Assembly (NCBI GenBank): GCA_964035575.1
Contig: OZ037835.1
Coordinates: 1,550,001 to 1,614,000, forward strand
Reading direction: 5' to 3'
Length of the DNA: 64,000 nucleotides
Source of the DNA: Rhynchopus sp. YZ270_cl-10
Taxonomy: Eukaryota
Every line of letters begins with the position of its first letter. Position 1 is the stretch's first letter. Both the position numbers and the translations under genes were made by a program. The notes under the pieces were generated by a model that did not search any database, was not told the origin of the DNA, and was given only the letters and a program-made list of their open reading frames with translations. Below, piece after piece: positions 11,432 to 24,450 of this stretch.

Positions 11432-12138
11432 TACCCCCCCCCCCCCCCCCCCCTAGGCAGTGATTATAGAATTCGACGAATTCTATAGATTTCGATTTAT
11501 AGAATTCGTTGATCGTTCGAATTCGCTGAACGATCAGCGAATTTTGGGAAACTGAGGGTAGTACAGGGGGATAGGGGGTTTTTTTCACAATGAGGATGAC
11601 ACACACAACAAAATATACAAGCAAACAAGGGAAGGCTCGGGGGGTGGTGAAAAAAGGGAGGGTCACTTTTATGATTCGCTGTGCAGTTACGGGTTTGCGG
11701 GTTTTCGGATTTTACGCAGTCGTCACCGAACTTCACTTCTTCGTCCATCCAGTAATGACTCGTGGCATGAGGGGTTTGAGGGGTTGGATGTGTGAATATG
11801 AAACCAATCCTCGTTCAGCACAACTCGATGAGACCTCCCATCCGAGTACCTTGACTGCAACATAGCGGACCTTAGGCCAACTTGACTCAAACGTTTTCCC
11901 CCAGCTTTGGGACCAACTTGGATCCGAGAGACGGCGAGTGAATGTCCCTCCTGTGACCCACCCCCCGAGCCTTTCCTTGTTTGTTTGTTTGTTTTGTAGC
12001 AGCGCATCAGCCTCTTTGTCAAAAAAAAACTCCCCATCTCCACCACTGGTCCAAACATCGGCCCTACAGTACTAACACAAAAACGGTTTGAAAACGAATT
12101 CTGAGCGAATTCTGAACGAATTCTATAGAATTCCTTAA

Positions 12139-13903
12139 CACTCGGTGTTAAGGTCTTTAAGGTTGCTTCAACACCACACACCCCTTAACACCCCCCCCCG
12201 GTCCCCCCCCCCCGGGGTGGGTTTCGGCCATTTTTTTTCAGGTCCCTAAACGTCCAAAGAGGTCAAAAAAGTGGATTCTTGGGAAGATAGGAGGTTTTTT
12301 TTAGGGTTTGCAAATGAGAAAGACCTCCAAACCCTGACAGACCCTGAAACCAGGGTGTCGCGAGTACCCCTTTTTTTACACGTGTTTCTTAAGGCTTCTA
12401 CAGGGTTCTACAGGCAAAACAGACGTTTTGGCCAAAAACCCGGTTTTTCAGGCAGGTAACCGGGTTTGCGGCTTGGGAAACGTGCCAGAGCGGTGTGAGA
12501 ACCATGCGTGGGGGTTTGTAACCACTCGTTGCGTTGGTTGCGTTGCCTTCGTTGCGTACACATCGCTACGTACACATCGGTTACGTTGTGTTGCATGCGT
12601 TGCGTTCGTTGTGTAGAGATCGTTACGTACAGAGCGCAACGTACGGAGCGGTTGCGTTGCGTTGGTTGTGTTTGGTTGGTTACGTTCGTTGCGTTCCGAT
12701 CGTTACGTACACATCGGTTGCGTTGCGTTGCGTTGCATGCGTTGCATGTGTTGCATCCGTTACGTTGCGTTAGTTGTGTAGAGATCGATATGGGTCCGTC
12801 CGGAAACCCTCCTGGTAAGATTCATCCTTTTGGGGTTTTTTGAGGTTTTTCTGCTCAAAACACCCAAACAACCCAATTTTTTGATACCCACCATACACCT
12901 ACCACCCCAGAGGGCATATTTTGGGCATTTATTTTTGTTTATTTCCCCTCTCCCCCTTTTTACTTATATTTTTTTACATATTTTTTGGAAAAAAAAAACG
13001 TGGCAATGACAGCAGTGAAGTTCACTTTTTTGTCGAGAAACACGGTAAGAATGGGTGCGACGCACACTTGGTGTCGTTTCGAACCCTCTCTCTGATGATT
13101 CTTGTTGTCAGGAGATCCTTACCGTAGGGGTCATTGTCGGTGCCCTGCGCGAGCTTCCCCACACAGAGGCCTTTGTTATCTCATTCCCTCGTACTCATAC
13201 GTATCAGTGCACCCTTCTTTCCATCAATCTCTTTTCGTCTGTGTACTGCTGCCCGAGCAACGGTCGTGTCATTTCAGCTAGCGTGTACTCTGACACGGAG
13301 GGAACCTGTATTTACTATGGAGTCTCCACATCCAAGGTGACCCGCAAAGCAAAAGTCCCTGGCATTGATCCAGTAGATTTGACAGAGGTCAATGAAACCT
13401 TGTCAAGGCGGCATGGCAGGATTAAGAGAAAGAGAGAAGAGATCCAGAAGAACGACAATAAAAGGCTGAAAATCTGATTAAAAATTTTTTAATCAGATTT
13501 TTTTTAATTTTTAAAAAGCGAAAATATAGCCTCAGACCCCCCCAAAAACTTATTTTCATATCAGAATATCACCTAGATGCACTTTTTGTGGGGGGCATCA
13601 TCAAAAAAACCCAAAAATACCCAAAAGGATGAATCTTACCAGAGGGGTTTCCGGACGAGTCCATATGTACAGATCGCAACGTACGTATAGGTTGCGTTGT
13701 GTTGCGCGCGTTGCATTCGTTGCATATAGAACGCAACGTACACACAGGTTGTGTTCGTTTCGTTACGTTCGTTGCGTTCTGATCGTTACGTACACATCGG
13801 TTGCGTTGCGTTGCATGCGTTGGTTGCATACGGATCGTAACGTAGAGAGCGGATCCGTTTCGTTGTGTTCGGTTGCGTTTATCAACCACACCAGCCAGGA
13901 GTG
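12139..13903. mobile_element. Nested element with CACTC...GAGTG ends inside TTAA (piggyBac-like), CGTTG-rich minisatellite; second copy at 14372-15174
   Basis: TTAA at 12135-12138 and 13904-13907; ~12137-12760 is directly repeated at ~14369-14990. Confidence 0.5.
12791..13663. mobile_element. TIR element nested in the previous one, TA flanks, with a frameshifted ~150-codon relic at 13006-13477
   Basis: tgggtccgtccggaaaccctcctggtaagattcatcctttt pairs with aaaaggatgaatcttaccagaggggtttccggacgagtcca; absent from the 14372-15174 copy. Confidence 0.6.
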
Positions 13904-14371
13904 TTAAGGATTGCCAAAAAAAACTAAATTCCTTTGTACCCCTCCCTGTGGCTTTCCGTACCCTCCCGCCGAAATTTCGAAGGGACCCTTCGAAATTCGG
14001 AGGGTCCCTCCGAAAAAAAATTTTTTGGACGCGAAAATCGGTCTCAAAACGGTTCAAATTGCCCCATGCGAGGCATTCCGGGCAATTTGAGGGCAATTTG
14101 GCGTGCAATAGCCATGTGTGGGGCACTATGTGGTGCACCCGTGCCCCCATGCTGCACCCCTTATACATGGTTTTTACAGGCAAAAAGTGAAAAAAGACAG
14201 TCGGGCACAAAAAGCCACGGATCGGGGCACAAAGTTACATCCCACCCTCCCTTGGCCCTCGGGACTCCTTTCGGGAGGTCAGGGCTTCCCTCGGGCCTTC
14301 GGCCCTCGGGGAGCCCTGACCTCCCTCAAGGGTCCCTCGGGCTTTGGCGGGAGGGAGGGAAATAACCATAA

Positions 14372-15174
14372 CACTCGGTGTTAAGGTCTTTAAGGTTGCT
14401 TCAACACCACACACCCACCCTCCCCTTAACACCCCCCCCCCCGGGGTGGGTTTCGGCCATTTTTTTTGAGGTCTCTAAACGTCCAAAGAGGTCAAAAAAG
14501 TGGATTCTTGGGAAGATAGGAGGTTTTTTTGAGGGTTTGCAAATGAGAAAGACCTCCAAACCCTGACAGACCCTGAAACCAGGGTGTCGCGAGTACCCCT
14601 TTTTTACACGTGTTTCTTAAGGGTTCTACAGGGTTCTACAGGCAAAACAGGCGTTTTGGCCAAAAACCCGGTTTTTCAGGCAGGTAACCGGGTTTGAGGC
14701 TTGGGAAACGTGCCAGAGCGGTGTGAGAACCATGCGTGGGGGTTTGTAACCACTCGTTGCGTTGGTTGCGTTGCCTTCGCTACGTTGCGTTCGTTACGTA
14801 CACACCGGTTACGTTGTGTTGCATGCGTTGCGTTCGTTGTGTAGAGATCGTTATATACAGAGTGCAACGAACAGAGCGGTTGCGTTGCGTTGGTTGTGTT
14901 CGGTTGGTTACGTTCGTTGCGTTCCGATCGTTACATACACATCGGTTGCGTTGCGTTGCATGCGTTGCGTTCGGTGCGTTGCGTTGCTTCCGTGTCTTTG
15001 GTTCGAGACGTTACGTACCGAACGGTTGCGTTGCGTCGGTTGCATTCGTTCCGTTCACATCGTTCCGATCTGAACGGAACGATGTGAACGCAAGAAACGT
15101 ATCGCATCGGTTGCGTTGGTTGGCTTGTGTGCGTTGCAAACCTTTCATACATCAACCACACCAGCCAGTGAGTG
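14372..15174. repeat. Second copy of the 12139-13903 element, lacking the nested insert
   Basis: Direct repeat of both ends, including the downstream ggattgccaaaaaaaactaaat. Confidence 0.7.
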
Positions 15175-16812
15175 TTAAGGATTGCCAAAAAAAACTAAAT
15201 ACGATTTATAGAATTCGTTGAACGTTCGAATTCGTTGAACGAATCGAACGTATTTTTAATCACTGCCCCTAGGGGGGCGGATTGTCCTCACAAAAAGTGA
15301 AATAAAAATTTTTTGCAACATAGAAACTCGTTTCCCGTGGAAAACTAGACACATACCCACCCCAAAAATGTTCGGAGGATCCAATGAAACCATTTTTTTA
15401 CACTTTGGTGGGCTCAGAAATACCAAAAATGGGGAAAATTAGTGAAAAATGGACTTTTACCCCAAAATGGGGAAAAATGGTTTTTTAGCAAAAAAATTGA
15501 TTTTTTTGGATCACCAGAGGTCTATTTTGGTGACTCTCCGGTGCAAATCGGGTCCCAGGGGTCCTGTGGACCTGATTTCAACGACCAACAGGCTTCTGTA
15601 CCACTTGCAAATGATTTTTTTTGAGTTTTTGAGTCAAAAAAAGTGCTTGTCCACCCCTTGTCCACCCCTTGTCCAGTCCAGGACTTTTCCCCTGACCATC
15701 ACATAAAGTAGGGTATGATGCAAATTTTGGTACATACCCCCCCCAAAAATGGTCTGCGGACCCAACGGAACCGGTTTTTTACCCTTTGGAGGACTCAGAA
15801 GCACAAGAAATGGGGAAAAGGAGTGAAAAATTGCCCTCCCCCCCAGATGGGGGGGCAGGGGCGGTTTTGGGCTAAAAAATGCCAAATTAGGGCCGCCAGA
15901 GTCCTCTTGGGGCCACTCTCCAGTGGAAATCGTACTCCTGGGGGTCCTGTGGGCCTGATTTCGACGAGCTGCACCCTTTTGGGTCCCTCGAACCGATCTT
16001 GGTTTGAAATATTGAGTTGAACATGACCCCCTGAACCCGTGCGTATGCGCCTCAAACACCCCCCTCACCCCTCCCCCCTCACTGCCCACCTTCTCCTCCC
16101 CTGCCAGGCGTAACAAATAAATAAACGACCTCCCCCTCACAAAAAGCGTCTGAGGATGCTGCTGAGTTCGTGAGGAGGTTCGTGGATGGGGAGCGGATCA
16201 GGGGCGTGTGTATGGAGTGTCCTGATGAAGTGCTTCAGCTGGGCCTCGAAATACACGGCTGTGGGGGGAGGCAGAAAATGCCAAATTAGGGACGCCAGAG
16301 GCCTCTTGGGGTCACTCTCCGGTGTAAATCGTACTCCTGGGGGTCCTGTGGGCCTGATTTCGACGAGCTGCACCCTTTTGGACCCTTCGAACCGATCTTG
16401 GTTTGAATTATTTAGTCGAATATGTCAAATTCCTCCAATCATAGGCTGTATACAGTACAAAATCATGAAAACACCAATAAATAAGGGGTTTCTGGGCCCT
16501 GTGGGGCAAAATTCACCCTCTAGGTACCCCAAAATACAAAAAAAATTGAAAAATATGGTGAAAATAGGCTATTTTAGCCTTAGGCAAAATGGCCGGTTTT
16601 TGACTAAAAATGGTGTCTCCAAAAAAAAATCAAAAAAAGCCCAAAAAATAGACGAAAAAGGGCGTCTCTGGACACAATTTCGACGGAAATACGTGGCTTG
16701 AGTCAATTGCAACCGGTTTTTCACACTTTAGACAATTTTGCGACGCCTTGTTTGTGTTTTTCTTGTCCCCGGTCCAACCCCGGTCCACCTCATGCGTTTT
16801 TTCACCTAAAAA

Positions 16813-19691
16813 CACGGGTTGCCGACGATCGTAGTACGAAATTTTACGATCGTAGCCTTTTTTTCCTCGTACTACGAAAATTTACGATCGTACTACGAAA
16901 ATTTACGATCGTAAAATTTCGTAAAATCTCGTAAAATCTCGTAAAATCTCGTAGTGGTGTCGTTGCCGGTGGCTATTGCCTCCCAGGGAAAGGGACTCTC
17001 GAATTTTTTTTTTTCGCCCCTAAAGAGGCTAATTTCGACGATTTGAGGCCATTAAAAGCAAAATTTGGCACTTTTGAGCATCTGTGGGGGTCTAAAACGC
17101 GGTTTTGCGAACCCGAAATTTCGTGGTTTTAACCAAAAAGACAAGTCGATTTGAACCTTAAAAAACATCAAAAATTTTTTTCACAAGTGTTTTTGAGGCC
17201 TGCTCACTACACCCTAGGTCCCCTTCTGGGACCAAAAAGTCAAAAAAAGCAAGAATTGGGCTATTTTGAGCATCTAGAGTTAATTCCCCAGTCATTTTCT
17301 GTACCACCAGTGCATTTTGTATGGGCCAGCGCCTTGTCAAAAAATCAAAAAATCTCATCAATAAAACGACCTTTCTGTTCGGTAAAAAATAGTTATTTTC
17401 TATTGTAATAGTGGTTTGTCGTGCAGTGATGTTCTTTGTACCTGGAGAGTGGGCCGAGTGCAAGGTATGTTTTTAACCCCCCGGTTTTCTCCCTTTTCGA
17501 CATGTCCGCTATTTTTTAGCTATTTTTTTTTTTTTAAATATGGCTCAGTCCATAAACCCACCCCCCTAAAAGGTAACCTTTTGAATTTTTTTTCACATTA
17601 GATAACTTCCACTCGGACTTTTTGCTCGATTTTTGCTCCTTTGAACTCAGAATAACGTTTCTGAGGTCACAGGAGCAAAAATCGAGCAAAAAGTCCGAGT
17701 AGAAGATAGATGAATTAACGTCGAGAGGTAAAAAAACTAATTGGGCATTGGGTTTTGAGTGGGCTGCGAAAAGCTACTTTTTCACTATTTTTTTGCATTT
17801 TTTCGTATTCTGGGGTGGACAACTGGTGAAATTTCACCCCACAAGGTGCCCCAGGCCTATTCTGGAGGTGGTTTCCACCAGAAGATGCTCAGAAGTGTCA
17901 CAAATAATGAAAAATATTGTTCGGGAAACGGTTTACCTACGAAACTAACGCAAAACCCAATTCCCAATTAGTTTTTTACCTCTCGACGTTAATTCATCTA
18001 TCTTCTACTCGGACTTTTTGCTCGATTTTTGCTCCTGTGACCTCAGAAACGTTATTCTGAGTTCAAAGGAGCAAAAATCGAGCAAAAAGTCCGAGTGGAA
18101 GTTATCTAATGTGAAAAAAATTTAAAAGGTTACCTTTTAGGGGGGTGGGTTTATGGACTGAGCCACATTATACCTAAAGCGTAGCTTAAAGGAGAAATAG
18201 TTCCTCAGATACGGTCGCCAATCACCCCTCCAACAGGGTAATTGTGCAATCAACGAAAAAACCTTTTTTTCCCTTTTACTTACCTATCAGAGTTACTATT
18301 TTTTGTCAACAAAAATGTCACTTTTACGTTTAAGGGGTACGGGGCGGCTTCTTGTTTGTTTGTTTGTTTTTTTGTTGTAGTCTCTACTTTTACATTCAAT
18401 TTCTCTTAACAGGTACCCGAACCGACGACCCTTCATCGTGACAACGAAGCAGTGCCGACGGAAGAGCTGGTGCAATTATTTCAAAACCAGGTGGCGATCG
18501 TAAAAGTCGGGTTTATATACCAACTTTTCCATTAACCCACCCCATAGACCACCCTAATTATTATGAAACTCTTAGTCAGTCACTGCTATAGCCATTTAAC
18601 CCAGGGAGCATAGCTAGTGCAAGAAATTCGACTTCGGGATCCGGAAAGTCTGTCCTCTGCTTGCGGAGGACTAGACACAAGAAAATATTGCGTTCCCCCA
18701 GAATACTAATTTTTGTCACAGTAATTTTTGCCCAGGGCATGCTCTTGAAGCATGGCGGCTTGGTGTGAGAAGGGGCAGTGTGTTGTTTTGTTCTAGATTT
18801 CAACGGTTGTTAGAACGAGTCAAGTGGATGCTTATCTAAACACTGACTTTAGTACAGACCCGAGAGATCACACATGACTTTGAGGAAAGAACAAAGCAAT
18901 GCATCTGTACCCGCACGCCAGGTTGTAGTTACTTCAGAATTTTCTTGAGTTTGCATGAACGAGGAGGGGGTGATTCATTCTTCGGGAACGCTTAGTATAC
19001 CATGGAATGATCATCTCAAAAAAAACAGTGGGGGCTGAATTCATATCCCTTAGAATTGCGAATTCAGCCTTTGCAGAAGGTACGTCTTACTTGTACTTGT
19101 ACTTGTATGCCGTGTCACCCTTCTCAACCTTACCGGTTCACAGCTCGCAAGAGCAATGTAACCCTTCTCGCTATTGCAAACTTAAGAATTTTCTGCTGTA
19201 ACTTACCAAAATCGATTTTCTTTCACCCCAAACACCCGCAACACCCCACCTGCTACTTCGGTAGCCTGTGTTGTTGGGAGTTGGTTCTCATGTTGATCCC
19301 CAGTGACTGTCTAGCACTGCTTCTTCTGAGCCCAACGTTGTTTGGCCTGTCGACGTAATAAATACGAAGACAGGGCGGCGGTGCCAACAATTTTCCAATG
19401 ATGTAACGTTTTATCTGATTGATTATCGTTTGATATACCTTGTGTGTGCTTCATGCACACCATGCAAGGAATATCGAACGGTACTTTCAAGCGATATTCG
19501 TTATTTCGTTTGGCAAACGTACTACGATCGTAAAATTTCGTAAAATTTCGTCTACGATCGTACTACGATCGTTTACGATCGTAAAATTTCGTAGTACGAA
19601 ATTTTACGAAATTTTACGAAATTTTACGATCGTAACGATCGTAAAATTTTACGATCGTAAAATTTCGTACTACGATCGTCGGCAACCCGTG
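16813..19691. mobile_element. Non-autonomous CAC-ended element H (TIR CACGGGTTGCCGACGATCGTAGTACGAAATTTTACGATCG), subterminal ACGATCGT/AAATTTTACG repeats
   Basis: Perfect ~40-bp inverted ends; TAAAAA on both flanks. It lies between inverted arms ~16486-16760 and ~19693-19962 of an older foldback element. Confidence 0.8.
17541..18165. mobile_element. MITE with ~215-bp TIRs, each containing an internal hairpin; nested in element H
   Basis: 17541-17758 is the reverse complement of ~17951-18165. Confidence 0.75.
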
Positions 19692-20046
19692 TAAAAACAC
19701 AAAAAAACGTCAAAAAAAATTGTCAAAAGGGTGAAACCCTGTTTTCAATTGACTCAAAACACATTTTTGGGTCGAAATTGTGTCCAGACACGCCTTTTTT
19801 CGTCTATTTTTTGGGCTTTTTTTTGATTTTTTGGAAATTTGGTCAAAATCGGCTATGTTGCCCAAAAGGCCAAAATAGCCTATTTTTCACCATATTTTTC
19901 AATTTTTTTCATATTTTGGGGTACCTAGAGGGTGAATTTTGCCCCACAGGGCCCAGAAACCCTATTTTGGGGGCAGGATTCACCCGGGGGTGCCCGGGAA
20001 ATGGCCTAATGTTGAAAAAATTAAAAACCGGACAAAATTTTACTAG

Positions 20047-22794
20047 CACCGTGCGCTGGTCAGAGGTCTGACCAGGTAATACCTGGTCAGATTTATGACC
20101 AGGTACACCTGGTCAGATCTGACCAGGTACACCTGGTCATGACCAGGTATACCTGGTCATGACCAGGTGTACCTGGTCAGATGACCAGGTACCTGGTCAC
20201 ATTTACCCAGGTAAGTACCCAGGCGCCCAGGTGACCAGGTACCCAGGTACCCAGGTACCCAGGTACCCAGGTACCCAGGTACCCAGGTACCCAGGTACCC
20301 AGGTACCCAGGTACCCAGGTACCCAGGTACCCAGGTACCCAGGTACCCAGGTACCCAGGTACCCAGGTACCCAGGTACCCAGGTACCCAGGTACCCAGGT
20401 ACCCAGGTACCCAGGTACCCAGGTACCCAGGTACCCAGGTACCCAGGTACCCAGGTACCCAGGTACCCAGGTACCCAGGTACCCAGGTACCCAGGTACCC
20501 AGGTACCCAGGTCCAGGTCCAGGAACAGGTACCCAGGAACAAGAAAAAAGTCGTGAAAGAGCAACCACAGCTCCACATGACAAACACAAAAGTGTCCAGT
20601 CACGTGGGGCATTCATGCACTGAGGAGATAATGATCCAACAATTTACAAGAAAGATTACTTAACCTACTGCTGGAAATTGCCAGGTCGTAGTAACACACA
20701 AAGTGTGCCTCCGTTCGGGAAGACCGGATATTCTAGAGACCAAAAAGGCCTCAAGAATATCTTCCGGTAGTCAAGGTAGAACCGAGTGAACGGCCCAAGA
20801 CCCCCGTGGAGAAGTTAAATGTTGTAATGCTATCAGGTAGAAACTGCGAACACTGTCTTACCCTCCTCAATGCATGGTGGTTGATGTCTTCCACAACAAA
20901 TTTCCTGTACCCAGGTACCCAGGTTCCCAGACCCACGCAGTACCACGTCGCAGTACTACGCAAAATTTACCACCAGACCCTGTCTTCGTGCACCTGAAGT
21001 ACAACGCCGCAGACAGGCCAAACATGCGTTGGACTCAGAGGAATGCCCGCTGTGCAGGTATCATGAGAACCAACTCCCAGCAACAAGGGGCGCCTTTTGG
21101 CGGGCGTTGTTGAGGGTGTTTGGGGTGCAAAGTTTTCCACAATTTTGATGCGCGGGTACAGAAGTGTTGTCTTGTTCTTTCATCTCTAGGAATGTAAATG
21201 TCAATCGCGTTTAACTACCACGAGGGCTTGTTCAGTGAACCCACAAGGGGTCGAAGGGGGTTGGTTATCCCATATCTATCAAAGGTTGTGTCGACCAGGC
21301 TAAACCACTATGTTACGCTGTACGTTGTTAAATCCGAAGAAATAACACTTTAGCAGCCGCAGGAAGTTTGCTAAAAAGAGTGCCTCACGCTACACAAACC
21401 ACCACCCGCGATTGACTTAGATGTTATAACAAAGAGAATTCAGAACAAAACAACACCCTGCCCCATACACACTAAATTGTCATGCTTCAAGAGCATGCCT
21501 GGGCCAAAATTACTGTTGACAAAAAAGGCAACAAGACCACCCATAAGGAGTGTGAAATGTGCACTGGTTTTCTGGGGGAACGCAATATTTTCTTGTGTCT
21601 AGTCCTCCGCAAGCAGAGGACAGACTTTCCGGAAGGTTTCCAAAGTCGAATTTCTTGCACTAGCTATGCTCCCTGGGTTAAATGGCAATAGCAGTGACTG
21701 ACAAAATATTCCCACCCCCCAGGTCTTCGTCCACAAACCCAGAATAGATTGATGTGGGTGAAGCCTTTCGGATTTTTGAGTTGTTGATAGAATGTCGAAG
21801 AGCGGCGAAACTTCTCATCGCAATCACGGATGCAGTTCAGATTTCACGATCCTGTGATGAGTGTAAATGTGGGGTGTGATTAAGTTATGGTGTATAAACG
21901 CAGTACTGTAAAATCGTTTAATTTGTCACCTACAATTCTTCCGTCCCTAATACAGAAAGTATCACTCAAGGCTGTACTTTAAAAAGTAGACACAAAAAAT
22001 CGCCCGACGTAATGTGAGGGGGTGACAAAATTCATTTATGACTGATATTTCAACTCGGTTAATTAGGGTGTGACAAATTAAACGATTTTCCAGTATTAAA
22101 GATGAGGTTAATGAAGAAAGTGGTAATAACTATGCATTGCCGTGAAATAAGGTAGCCTTTTTTTCACGCCACAGCGGATTTCCTGCTGCACTAATGGTTC
22201 CCAAGCGAAGCGAGGGGACCATGTATAAGTATTTACCGAGCGAAGCGAGGTGAATATTATGTGCAGCAGGTAACGAGCACGCCTGCAGAAGTTAAAAAAC
22301 GGCTGCCTCATGACAAGCAATATGTAAGTTTATTCCGATTACACAAAGTAGGGGTAGTCTGCAAGCACCAGCCAAAAAAGAGTGAGATCGGTGATCAGGG
22401 AAAACAAACACCACCACACAACAACTTGACAACCACTAAAGGAATGAATCTACACTAGTGCCTGACAGTTAAACATATTTACATACCTTGTCTTCATCGT
22501 AACCTGCGCCTTCGCTGCTGTCAAGGTGCCTTCTCTGGGTACAGTGCCCAGTGTCCAGTACAGAAAAAAAAATTCGTCTAAAAAATCGAGTACGCAAAAC
22601 CACATTTTAGACATTTTAGACCCCTACAGAGGCTCAAAAGTGCCAAATTTTGCTTTTATGGCCTCAAATCGTAAAAATTAGCTACTACAGTACACGGGGT
22701 ATGACCGTATTTTGGCTGAAATTTTGACTTGAAAATTTTTTTCAACATTTGCCCAATCTGAGGTTTTCTTTGGATTTTTTGGGCCATTTTATGA
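20047..22794 (-). repeat. Inverted, one-ended duplicate of the right part of element F (25045-27552), with expanded (CCAGGTAC)n at ~20235-20512
   Basis: Mirror ORFs (20751-20963 vs 26872-27084; 22261-22458 vs 25381-25578) are identical. Confidence 0.9.
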
Positions 22795-22833
22795 TTCAGT
22801 CATATTCGTGGTCCTTTACCCCCCCCCCCCTTA

Positions 22834-24410
22834 GGGGGTACGACTCCAGCCATTTTTTGCGCACGGAAAATTCATTTGGCATTATCTGGTCATCTCCAAG
22901 GCAACTGCGGGTGAAAAACACCCTCAGAGTGGGTCACAGGGGGCCTGTGGGTCGAAAAACGACCCAGAAGCCACCCCAGAATACAAAAAAATGGAAAAAA
23001 ATAGTGAAAAAACGGCTTTTTGGCGGTTTTGGCCATTTTGGGCAAAATAGCGATTTTTCAAGAAAAAACCAAAAAAACGGTTATTTTTTGACATCACAAA
23101 ACCTCCTTTGGCACAAATATACCCCAAAAGTGGCCTGTGAGTCCATTCTAACCTGTTTCGGACGTATTTGACACTTTTGGAAGTGTTTTTTTTGGTGTTT
23201 TTACATCAAAAAAATGGTATGGCAATGGTATGGCAGCCACTCCGGCATGCTGTTTGACCCATATAGGGGTCAAGAAATGGCCAAAAACCCCCGAAAGAGG
23301 ACCCTGGGAGCCCAGATAGTTCCAAATTTCCACCACATCCCCACCCAAACACCGCAAAAACACGACAGAAAATCGTCTTCAAAAACACACTTTTTTCAAA
23401 AAGGTCATTATGGAGCCTGTCTGACGATAGCGATTTTTCAAGAAAAAACCAAAAAAACGGCTATTTTTTGACATCACAAAACCTCTTTTGGCACAAATAT
23501 GCCCCAAAAGTGGCCTGTGAGTCCATTCCAACCTGTTTTGGACATATTTGACACTTTTGCAAGTGTTTTTTTTGGTGTTTTTACACCCAAAAAAATGGTA
23601 TGGCAATGGTATGGCAGCGCTCCGGCAGCATTCCAGCATGCTGTTTGACCCATATAGGGGTCAAGAAATGGCTAAAAACCCCCGAAAAAGGACCCTGGGA
23701 GCCCAGATAGTTCCAAATTTCCACCACATCCCCACCCAAACACTGCAAAAACACGACAGAAAATCGTCTTAAAAAACACACTTTTTTCAAAAAGGCTATT
23801 ATGGAACCTGCCTGATGACCTTTTTGAAAAAAGTGTGTTTTTTAAGACGATTTTCTGTTGTGTTTTTGCGGTGTTTGGGTGGGGATGTGGTGGAAATTTG
23901 GAAAGATTGTGGTTCCGGGGGCCCTTTTTCGGGGGTTTTAAGCAAAAATATGGCCGAGAATGTGGTCGGAGCAATGGTGGCAGTGCTGTCCAAGGACCGT
24001 CCAAGGATTTTTTGGGGGTGTTTTTCAGCGTGAAAACACCAAAAAAACACTTCCAAAAGTGTCAAATATGTCCAAAACAGGTTGGAATGGACTCACAGGC
24101 CACTTTTGGGGTATATTTGTGCCAAAGAAGGTTATGTGATGTCAAAAAATAACCGTTTTTTTGGTTTTTTCTTGAAAAATCGCTATTTTGCCCAAAATGG
24201 CCAAAACCGCCAAAAAGCCGTTTTTTCACTATTTTTTTCCATTTTTTTGTATTCTGGGGTGGCTTCTGGGTCGTTTTTCGGCCCACAGGCCCCCTGTGAC
24301 CCACTCTGAGGGTGTTTTTCACCCGCAGTTGCCTTGGAAATGACCAGAAGTTTAATAATGAGTTTTTGGTACGAAATTTTATACACAAGTCTATTAGGAG
24401 TCGGACCCCC
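22834..24410. mobile_element. Second member of the GGGGGTACGACTCC foldback family, with an internal tandem duplication
   Basis: Same left end as 852-1967; TA plus poly-C on both flanks. Confidence 0.75.
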
Positions 24411-24450
24411 TACCCCCCCCCCCCCCCCCCCTGATACCGTTTTTTTGCTA

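Larger units (their letters stand above)
11456..15267. mobile_element. TIR element (GGCAGTGATT) with subterminal GAATTCG repeats; hosts nested insertions
   Basis: GGCAGTGATT at 11456 and AATCACTGCC ending 15267; CCTA on both flanks; gaattcg arrays at both ends. Confidence 0.6.

Noticed and set aside
18182..18262. TTAAAGGAGAAATAG block also seen at ~42815-42900 (Kolobok/Crypton-like end)
   Set aside because: No matching opposite end identified.
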